Shown here one piece after another: positions 45,096 through 51,528 of a DNA stretch of 64,000 nt; within the stretch, counting starts at the first letter, position 1, and every line of letters starts with the position of its first letter. The DNA is from Burkholderiales bacterium (GTDB taxonomy: Bacteria; Pseudomonadota; Gammaproteobacteria; Burkholderiales; SG8-39), in contig JADGRQ010000005.1 of NCBI GenBank assembly GCA_017880775.1, positions 6,094 through 70,093 on the forward strand, given 5' to 3'. A model generated the notes under the pieces. That model saw only the letters and a program-made list of their open reading frames with translations, ran no database searches and was not told the DNA's origin. Position numbers and translations under genes: made by a program.

Positions 45096-46530
45096 AGACG
45101 CTCCGGAAAGCACCGATCCGATCAGCGCGGATGTCATCCGCTGCGACGCCTGCCCGGTACTGTGCCGCATCCGCAAGGGACAATCCGGCGCCTGCGACCG
45201 GTACGCCAATGCCGACGGCAGGCTGTTCAGGGTCGATCCGCTGGTGATCCTGCAGCGTACGCTCGATTCGGGCGGAAAGTTCGTGCCATTTCTCGACCCA
45301 AAACCCTGGAACGGTGAAATGATCCCGGCGGCGAATACCTTCGTGACCGGGATCGGCGCGACCACCACCTATCCGGACTACAAGCCTGCGCCTTTCATCG
45401 TTTCCTCGAAATCTGCCGGCGTCGACATGGTCACGGTGGTGACCGAAGGCATCTTCAGCTACTGCGGATTGAAGATCAAGATCGACACCGACCGCTATCT
45501 CGGGCCCGAGCAGGCCGCGGTACGCGTCGACGGCGAGCAGGTCGGGCATGTCACTACGGCCGAGTACGGGTCGCAGATGCTCGCGCTCGGCGGCGTGCGA
45601 CACCTGACCGGCGGCAGCAAGAAGGAAGGCAACGTCACCTGCGAGGCGATGCTCAAGCTCTCCAACAAGCAGGCCGTTGAGCTCGCCATCGACGGCGGCT
45701 CAAAAGTGCGGGTGCAGGCCGGCGCCGCGCCCATCGTCAACGGCGAGCAAGAGGAACGCATGCGCGTGGGCTGCGGCTCCGCGACGATCGGCATCTTTGC
45801 GAAGCAGTGGTTCGGGCACTGCGATGAAGTGATCGTCGTCGACGATCACATCACGGGCGTGCTCACCGAGCATCAGGCCGGGCGCTTTCTCGACATGCGT
45901 CCCGGAGGGATCCGCGTGCGCGGGCGCAAATCCACGCCGGGACGCTACTTCAAGGTCGCCGAGCCCGGCATGGGCTGGGGCGGCACCAACATCACCAAGC
46001 CGCTGTCGATCATCGAAAAGATCGACCCGAAGATCGCGTGGCCAGGCATGCGCCTGCTGATGGTCTCGACCACCGGAGAGGATGCGGCGTGGTTCGTGCT
46101 CGATCGAGACCTCAAGCCGCAGCCCGCCGCAATGCCCGATGCGGTGAAGCGGGTCGTCGAGCGGATCGCGGAGAACTGCGAGCCCGCGTTGTGCAGCGTC
46201 CTCTTCATGGGCGGTGCCGGCGGGTCGCTACGCGCGGGCGTCACCGAAAATCCGGTGCGGCTCACGCGCTCGGTGAAGGATCTTTTCACCCGGGTGACCT
46301 GCGGCGGCGCACCGGTGTATGTCTGGCCCGGCGGCGGCATCACCGTCATGGTCGACGTGCTGCGCATGCCGGACAGGTCCTTCGGCTACGTTCCGACCCC
46401 GGCGCTGGTGCTGCCGATCGAATTCACGATGACGCGCGACGTCTATGCGGAAATGGGCGGCCACGTCGGCAATATCGTGGCGCTGGAGGAAGTTCTGCGC
46501 ACCACCCGGCACGAGGTCCGGAGCGCGTGA
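45082..46530 (+). CDS. Cys-rich 482-aa protein of the family I recall being labelled 6-hydroxynicotinate reductase-like (function uncertain)
   Basis: The ATG at 45082 overlaps the upstream gene by 14 nt. N-terminal C-x2-C-x3-C-x10-C (IRCDACPVLCRIRKGQSGACDRY). Coding-like composition throughout. The family label comes from memory only. Confidence 0.5.
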   Translation: MRDPEDAPESTDPISADVIRCDACPVLCRIRKGQSGACDRYANADGRLFRVDPLVILQRTLDSGGKFVPFLDPKPWNGEMIPAANTFVTGIGATTTYPDYKPAPFIVSSKSAGVDMVTVVTEGIFSYCGLKIKIDTDRYLGPEQAAVRVDGEQVGHVTTAEYGSQMLALGGVRHLTGGSKKEGNVTCEAMLKLSNKQAVELAIDGGSKVRVQAGAAPIVNGEQEERMRVGCGSATIGIFAKQWFGHCDEVIVVDDHITGVLTEHQAGRFLDMRPGGIRVRGRKSTPGRYFKVAEPGMGWGGTNITKPLSIIEKIDPKIAWPGMRLLMVSTTGEDAAWFVLDRDLKPQPAAMPDAVKRVVERIAENCEPALCSVLFMGGAGGSLRAGVTENPVRLTRSVKDLFTRVTCGGAPVYVWPGGGITVMVDVLRMPDRSFGYVPTPALVLPIEFTMTRDVYAEMGGHVGNIVALEEVLRTTRHEVRSA

Positions 46531-47432
46531 ACGGTCCGGTAAGCGCTCGGTTCCCGGACGGACGGCTGCATCTGCAGCACGGGCCGATCGATCTGCTGAT
46601 CGAGGCGTTCGGCAAGCGGGACGAAGTCGAAGCTGCGTACCGGCAGGCGTGGGACCGGTTTCAGGACATTCTGCAGATGCTGGTCGATGAGCTTGCGATG
46701 CTGCGCGCGCGGGTCGGGCCTGCGTATCCGCTCGCGCGCGGGCCGGTGGCGAAGCGGATGGTGGCTGCCGTGTGGCCGCATCGCGACGTGTTCATTACGC
46801 CGATGGCTGCGGTGGCGGGCGCGGTGGCGGAGGAGATGCTTGAAGCGATGTGCGCGGGGCGCAGATTGCGAAAAGCCTATGTCAACAACGGAGGCGATAT
46901 CGCGCTTTGGCTCGGAGAGAGTGAATACTTCCGCGCAGGTGTCGTGGAGAACATCGCAGCTCCCGCGATCGGCGCGAGCGTCCCGATCCATTCGTACGAC
47001 GCGGTACGCGGCATCGCCACCTCTGGCTGGAAAGGTCGGTCGCAATCGCTCGGCATTGCAGATGCGGTGACGGTGCTTGCGCGGACCGCTTCTCAAGCCG
47101 ATGCCGCGGCGACGTTGATCGCCAATGCGGTGAACGTGGAACATCCGGCGATTCGCCGCATGCCGGCTTGCGCCGTGAAGGAGGATTCCGATCTCGGTCA
47201 CTTGCCGGTCACGGTGGAAGTCGGGGAATTGCCGCGGGAGGTTGTGCGCAGTGCGCTCGCCAATGGTTTCGCTGTCGCGCGCCGCATGCAGGCCGCCGGG
47301 CTGATCGATGCGGCCTATCTTGCGCTGCAGGGCCAAGCTCTGGTTGTCGCGTCGCCGACGCTCGTTGGCTACGGCAACGAATCCACCGGACTTCGCACGC
47401 CGCCGCCGCCGACCTTGAGCACGTGGGTGTAA
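46527..47432 (+). CDS. UPF0280 (ApbE-like superfamily) protein
   Basis: 301 aa from GTG 46527 (GTGA overlap). Contains [13 protein letters not shown] and [11 protein letters not shown] segments that I associate with UPF0280. The last 64 nt overlap the 3' end of the intI remnant on the other strand. Confidence 0.55.
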   Translation: MNGPVSARFPDGRLHLQHGPIDLLIEAFGKRDEVEAAYRQAWDRFQDILQMLVDELAMLRARVGPAYPLARGPVAKRMVAAVWPHRDVFITPMAAVAGAVAEEMLEAMCAGRRLRKAYVNNGGDIALWLGESEYFRAGVVENIAAPAIGASVPIHSYDAVRGIATSGWKGRSQSLGIADAVTVLARTASQADAAATLIANAVNVEHPAIRRMPACAVKEDSDLGHLPVTVEVGELPREVVRSALANGFAVARRMQAAGLIDAAYLALQGQALVVASPTLVGYGNESTGLRTPPPPTLSTWV

Positions 47433-48049
47433 GTCACGGCGCGCTGGAAGGTCTGGTCGTACATATGGTGTCTGCGCACTACACCCGAGCGCGGATCGAC
47501 AGAATGATCGGCCTGTGGAAACACCCAGAACCATGTCCACGATGCGCCGGCGCGGGGATACTTGCGATCCAATGCGCCCGGCATCGACACACCGCTGCGC
47601 CCGGCCTCGCCGTCGGCCGACCAAAGAACCCGGGCCCGCGCCAATTGTTCGCGCAAAGCAGGCACCAGCGTCAGAGGCAGCATGACCGAGCGGTCCTTGA
47701 CGCCCTTTCCGGCTCGAATCACGATGGTGCACTGCTCGAAATCAACGTCCTTCACGCGCAACTGCAAGCCTTCGGTAATGCGCATGCCGGTGCGTTGATA
47801 CGGCCACATTACGCTCGTTGGCCAGCCAAGACAGAAACGCCTCCACCTCGGGCCCGCCTATCTCGCCGGGTGCCGGCGACCGTGGAAGAAAATGAACGCC
47901 CGTATCCAGTGGACGTACGCATCCTCGGTACGTATGCTGTAGTGGAGATAGTGGATGCGTTCACGCACTTGGTCCAACAGCCGGGCCGAGCGCAACGGCG
48001 GCAACTGCGCGGTCGGTCGGCCTGGACGAAGTGGGATGCCGGTTTTCAC
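47369..48049 (-). pseudogene. intI: Integron integrase intI, inactivated (premature TAG/frameshift plus two internal deletions)
   Basis: ORFs 47858..48049 (MKTG...[47 protein letters not shown]) and 47369..47809 ([15 protein letters not shown]...[17 protein letters not shown]...[37 protein letters not shown]) are colinear with recalled IntI1. A bridging segment [25 protein letters not shown] lies in a third frame. Confidence 0.85.
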
Positions 48050-48061
48050 GGTTTGTTAGTA

Positions 48062-48077
48062 CTGTATGGATACACAG
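48062..48077. promoter_or_regulatory. LexA (SOS) box, CTGT-N8-ACAG
   Basis: CTGTATGGATACACAG within the 20-mer TACTGTATGGATACACAGTA. It lies 13 nt upstream of the intI GTG start and overlaps the candidate -10 element. Confidence 0.65.
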
Positions 48078-48104
48078 TATATGGCCGGGAAAGCCTGAAA
48101 GCAA
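48076..48104 (-). promoter_or_regulatory. Candidate PintI promoter
   Basis: Minus strand reads TTGCTT-N17-TATACT. The -10 hexamer is overlapped by the LexA box. Confidence 0.4.
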
Positions 48105-48150
48105 GCGGGTTCCGGGCCATCATGGTCGCCAGGATAGGGCGCACACGGCC

Positions 48151-48190
48151 ATGCTACGCAGCAAAGCTGTCGCCCGATATTACGTTAGGT
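48151..48190 (+). other. attI recombination site (simple site), crossover predicted at G48184|T48185
   Basis: ATGCTACGCAGCAAAGCTGTCGCCCGATATTACGTTAGGT compared with recalled attI1 ATGTTACGCAGCAGGGCAGTCGCCCTAAAACAAAGTTAGGC. It ends in a GTTRRRY core (GTTAGGT). Confidence 0.6.
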
Positions 48191-48196
48191 TTTCCG

Positions 48197-48757
48197 GTGA
48201 GCGACGCGCGAGCAATCATAGAGAAGCTAAACGAAGAGGGCTTAGCGGCTCGCGCGCACTTCCAGATTTGGTGGGCTCTTCGAAATCTGGCCCTTCCCGA
48301 TTTCTACGACGCAATGAACGACTATTCCTACGTAAATTTCTTTCACGCCTCAAACGCGGGACACTACAAGCTGTTCTTCTTGGCGCTATCAAAGATCTTT
48401 GATCGCGACGCTCGTACCTCGGGTATCTCAAACCTACGCGAGGCACTCCGTAGCGAAGGACACAATAGCATCGCCGATCAGTTGGAAAAGCGGCTTTCGC
48501 CATTGACGGCAGTAGTTGCTCGGCTCATGGCCATTCGCAATCAGACGATCGTCCACAATGACCGCAGCTTGTCCCGGGAAAAGGTCTACGAGATAAACGG
48601 CATTACACCAGACCAAGTTCGCGATCTAATCAATGACACGTGCGCAACCATCAATGAAGTGGCACGCGGGCTTGGGGTTCCTGAAGGTCTATTCGATGAT
48701 CGATACGACCGGGCGACCATCGCGATGCTTGAGGCACTTCGACGCGGGAAAATCTAA
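48197..48757 (+). CDS. Cassette 1: HEPN-like (AbiU2-like?) protein with Rx5H motif, function unknown
   Basis: 186 aa from GTG 48197, the first start after the attI core (ATG 48122 would lie upstream of the crossover point). The motif RNQTIVH at 48536-48556 fits HEPN R-x4-6-H. AT-richer codon usage than the host. Its stop codon lies inside the attC R'' core. Confidence 0.5.
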   Translation: MSDARAIIEKLNEEGLAARAHFQIWWALRNLALPDFYDAMNDYSYVNFFHASNAGHYKLFFLALSKIFDRDARTSGISNLREALRSEGHNSIADQLEKRLSPLTAVVARLMAIRNQTIVHNDRSLSREKVYEINGITPDQVRDLINDTCATINEVARGLGVPEGLFDDRYDRATIAMLEALRRGKI

Positions 48758-48838
48758 CATGCAGCTGGTGCGGACGGGCCGGATGCGTCGTACAAGTTCA
48801 ACCATTGTGCGGGCCCGCCGCACAGCACAACGTTAGAC
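48752..48838 (+). repeat. attC site 1 (87 bp)
   Basis: R'' ATCTAAC ... R' GTTAGAC. L'' CTGGTGCGGACGGGCC pairs with L' GGGCCCGCCGCACAG, leaving two extrahelical bases (G and A). Confidence 0.85.
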
Positions 48839-48890
48839 GCTCAAGACGCCCCTCCCCAAAAAATACTCCGCCTTTTCCCAGCCGACATCC

Positions 48891-49424
48891 ATGCAGTTCA
48901 AGCACAGAGACGCAATGGACTCCGACCTTCCTCGGGTCGTCGAAATCTACAACTATGCGGTAGCCTCACGCATGTGCAGTTGCGATCTCGAGCCAACGAC
49001 CGTTGAAGCGCGAAGACCCTCGTTCTTATCTCACACTCCAAATCACAGGCCGTTTTGGGTCGCAGAAGACCCTGCGAAGCCCCAACAAGGCGCTATCGGC
49101 TACCTTGGCTTCTTCCACTTTATGAACGAGCGGCCAGGATACTTCATCACAGCTGATATTGCGATCTACTTGCACCCGAAGTACCAGAACAGAGGGTTGG
49201 GCACATATCTTCTTGCCAAGGCAATTGAGCGGTCGCCGTCTCTCGGAATAGAAACACTGACGGCAACGATCTTCGCTAGCAATGGCGCCAGCATTCGTCT
49301 GTTCGAAAAAATGGGCTTTCAGCGCTGGGGCTTAATGCCCCGAGTTGCTCGCCTGGAGGGAACTGAGAAGGACCTTGTTCTTGTCGGCCGCAGGATCACA
49401 GAGCCATTGCCAAGAGCGGCCTAA
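48891..49424 (+). CDS. Cassette 2: GNAT-family N-acetyltransferase (phosphinothricin/MSO acetyltransferase-like)
   Basis: 177 aa. Acetyl-CoA motif HPKYQNRGLGTYLL and the typical N-terminus DLPRVVEIYNYAV. Alternative start at ATG 48915. Confidence 0.85.
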   Translation: MQFKHRDAMDSDLPRVVEIYNYAVASRMCSCDLEPTTVEARRPSFLSHTPNHRPFWVAEDPAKPQQGAIGYLGFFHFMNERPGYFITADIAIYLHPKYQNRGLGTYLLAKAIERSPSLGIETLTATIFASNGASIRLFEKMGFQRWGLMPRVARLEGTEKDLVLVGRRITEPLPRAA

Positions 49425-49496
49425 CCCGCTGGTCAACCGGACCAACTCCAGTCGGCTTCGCCTCCTTCCGTTGGCCGGTTACCAGCAACGTTAGCC
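49419..49496 (+). repeat. attC site 2 (78 bp)
   Basis: R'' GCCTAAC ... R' GTTAGCC. L'' CTGGTCAACCGGACCAAC pairs with L' GTTGGCCGGTTACCAG, leaving two extrahelical bases (C and A). The stop TAA lies inside R''. Confidence 0.85.
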
Positions 49497-49535
49497 GTCA
49501 GATACCGCTCGATCACATTGGCCGTTAGGAACACT

Positions 49536-49961
49536 ATGGACAAGCAATCGTTCTTCTGGAAGATCATGGCCGGTGAGTTGCCTCCGCCCAGAGCTGCCAC
49601 AACACTCGGTATCGTTTTCAAGCACATTGATGCTGCCGCAGGCACGATCGAAGTCGAACTGCAAGGAAGGCCAGAGTTCACGAATCCGGCAGGCAACATC
49701 CAAGGCGGCTTTCTGGCTGCAATGCTCGATGACACGATGGGTCCCGCCCTGGCTGCCACGTTGAAAGAAGGTCAATTCGCACCGACGCTGAACCTCAATC
49801 TATCATTCCATCGGCCAGCGATTGTTGGTTCACTCGTCGGTAAAGGTCGCGTGGTGAAGCGCGGAAAGGATGCCTGTTTCCTCTCAGGTGAGCTGTATCA
49901 AGAGGGCGAGCTTGTTGCTTCGGCCACTGCCACGGCAATCATTCGCGCTATTCCAAAATGA
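49536..49961 (+). CDS. Cassette 3: PaaI-family hotdog-fold thioesterase
   Basis: 141 aa from ATG 49536 (AGGAA RBS). NPAGNIQGGFLAAMLDDTMG motif and a hotdog C-terminal strand pattern. Confidence 0.85.
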   Translation: MDKQSFFWKIMAGELPPPRAATTLGIVFKHIDAAAGTIEVELQGRPEFTNPAGNIQGGFLAAMLDDTMGPALAATLKEGQFAPTLNLNLSFHRPAIVGSLVGKGRVVKRGKDACFLSGELYQEGELVASATATAIIRAIPK

Positions 49962-49962
49962 C

Positions 49963-50037
49963 GGCTAACCATCACTCAACGCGACGCCGCTCATGCTCCG
50001 CTCTCCGTGGTATCACCGCTCGCGGCGCGCGTTAGCT
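49963..50037 (+). repeat. attC site 3 (75 bp, atypical geometry)
   Basis: R'' GGCTAAC is the exact complement of R' GTTAGC(T). GCGACGCCGC pairs with GCGGCGCGC, leaving one extrahelical A. The spacers are very asymmetric (11 nt against 0), so the fold is non-canonical. Confidence 0.55.
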
Positions 50038-50147
50038 CCACGTTGTCCTTATCACGCGAGCGCCGAGAATGCTCAACCGCGGTGTGTTAATCGTCCGTCC
50101 GAAGCAGCCGTATCTCGCCTGATCTGCCGGAATGGAAGATAGTCTTG

Positions 50148-50384
50148 ATGCCGACAATCCTGCGTGACGGGCCGTTCCGATTCTTCTTCTACGCGAGCGA
50201 TCGGGACGAGCCACCGCACATTCACGTCGAACGCGACGATAATGTCGCCAAGTTCTGGCTCGACCCGGTGCGGTTACAAAGCAGCGGCGGATTCTCCAGG
50301 GTGGAGATCAACCAGATTGACGGACTGGTGAATGAGCACCAGCGCGAACTGTTGGAGGCTTGGAATGAGTATTTCCGCGGTTGA
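50148..50384 (+). CDS. DUF4160 domain-containing protein (putative toxin-like partner)
   Basis: 78 aa. The PPHIHV motif and overall pattern are as in DUF4160. Overlaps the next ORF by 20 nt. Confidence 0.75.
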   Translation: MPTILRDGPFRFFFYASDRDEPPHIHVERDDNVAKFWLDPVRLQSSGGFSRVEINQIDGLVNEHQRELLEAWNEYFRG

Positions 50385-50715
50385 ATTTGAAATTCCCCTC
50401 GCCCGGACGGCCAGGGTCACGAGCGACACCCTACAGGTCGATCTATCCGATGGTCGCACCATCTCGGTTCCGCTCGCGTGGTATCCGCGACTGGTTCATG
50501 CCACGGCGGAAGAACGCAAAGGATGGCGGCTGATTGCACGCGGTCGGGGAATTCACTGGGCGTCCATTGACGAAGACATAAGCGTGGAGGGTCTCCTCGC
50601 CGGAAGAGCATCCGGAGAAAGCCAGTCCTCATTCAAGCGATGGCTGAGTTCCCGCTCATCGCGACTGGCACGGTCAACCGCGCTGCGCAAGAACGGCGCG
50701 CGCCGACAACGCTGA
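50365..50715 (+). CDS. DUF2442 domain-containing protein (putative antitoxin-like partner)
   Basis: 116 aa from ATG 50365. VDLSDGRTISVPLAWYPRLVHATAEERKGWRLIARGRGIHWASIDEDISVEGLL matches the DUF2442 pattern. The Ser/Arg-rich C-terminal tail looks like read-through. Confidence 0.7.
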   Translation: MSISAVEFEIPLARTARVTSDTLQVDLSDGRTISVPLAWYPRLVHATAEERKGWRLIARGRGIHWASIDEDISVEGLLAGRASGESQSSFKRWLSSRSSRLARSTALRKNGARRQR

Positions 50716-50839
50716 CGTTACATCGCAAAGCGAAACCTGAGTTCGGCGATCTGATCTGGAGAGGGACACAGCTGAGTCGCAAACTTCGCCGCAGGTGACA
50801 GGCCCCGGCGGGCGACCATGATTCCCAAGGAGGCAGGAC

Positions 50840-51484
50840 ATGTCCAAGCTGCGCTTCAAGATCTCGATGTCGCTCGACGGCTTTGTTGCCGGCCCCAGCC
50901 AGAGCGTGGACAACCCCCTTGGGATCGGCGGCGGGCGCCTTCACGAGTGGGCCTTTCAACTTGCGGTGTTTCGCGCGCTGCTTGGTCTTGAAGGCGGCAA
51001 GGTCAACGAAAGCACCCCGGTCGTCGAGGAGTCGCTCGCCAACATCGGCGCCACGCTGATGGGGCGCAACATGTTCGGCGGCCACCCCGGCCCGTGGGAT
51101 CCCGGGAAACCGTGGAACGGCTGGTGGGGAGTCAACCCGCCGTTCCATCACCCCGTGTTTGTACTCACGCATCACGCGCGCGAACCACTCGAACTCGAAG
51201 GCGGAACGACATTCACGTTCGTCACGGACGGCATCGCGGCGGCGCTCGCACAGGCGCGTCATGCCGCCGGCGGCAAGGATGTATCGCTCGGCGGCGGAGC
51301 GAGAGCCGCACAGCAGCTTCTCGCGACCGGCCTGGTGGACGAGATGGAGATCAATCTCGTGCCGACGCTCCTCGGCAGCGGTGAGCGGCTTTTCGATGGT
51401 GTCGGCGACGATCTGCACGGGCTCGTGCTCGTGCGGACGGTCGCCGCGCCAAAGGTAACGCACCTCAAGTTCGCAAGGCGCTGA
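50840..51484 (+). CDS. Dihydrofolate reductase-family protein (RibD C-terminal domain)
   Basis: 214 aa with a GGAGG RBS. MSLDGFVAGP ... GLVDEMEINLVPTLLGSGERLF pattern. GC is back at host level. Confidence 0.82.
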   Translation: MSKLRFKISMSLDGFVAGPSQSVDNPLGIGGGRLHEWAFQLAVFRALLGLEGGKVNESTPVVEESLANIGATLMGRNMFGGHPGPWDPGKPWNGWWGVNPPFHHPVFVLTHHAREPLELEGGTTFTFVTDGIAAALAQARHAAGGKDVSLGGGARAAQQLLATGLVDEMEINLVPTLLGSGERLFDGVGDDLHGLVLVRTVAAPKVTHLKFARR

Positions 51485-51528
51485 GAGGGCAGTGTAAGAT
51501 TGCGGACGAATCCAGGAGGGAGACCAAG

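Larger units (their letters stand above)
47369..50715. mobile_element. Degenerate chromosomal integron: intI pseudogene, PintI/LexA box, attI, three attC-bounded cassettes and a terminal attC-less TA-like module
   Basis: See the component features. Hand GC counts are 27/60 (48301-48360) and 36/60 (48241-48300) inside, against 43/60 (46501-46560) in the flank. Confidence 0.85.

Noticed and set aside
42309-45368. 1019-aa minus-strand ORF
   Set aside because: Antisense to the 2Fe-2S/Moco subunit gene, which carries textbook ferredoxin and Moco motifs.
47168-48757. 529-aa plus-strand ORF spanning the intI region and cassette 1
   Set aside because: The first roughly 340 codons are antisense to the intI remnant and cross the LexA box and attI. 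Only the portion after the attI crossover (from GTG 48197) behaves like a cassette gene.
50600-50839. Search for a fourth attC after the DUF2442 gene
   Set aside because: There is no CTAAC/GTTAG core pair. The candidate cores (GGTCAAC 50672, GTTACAT 50717, GTTCGGC 50741) do not pair with each other or flank a credible imperfect palindrome.
50633-51463. 276-aa minus-strand ORF
   Set aside because: Antisense to the DHFR-family gene and to the tail of the DUF2442 gene, with no motifs.
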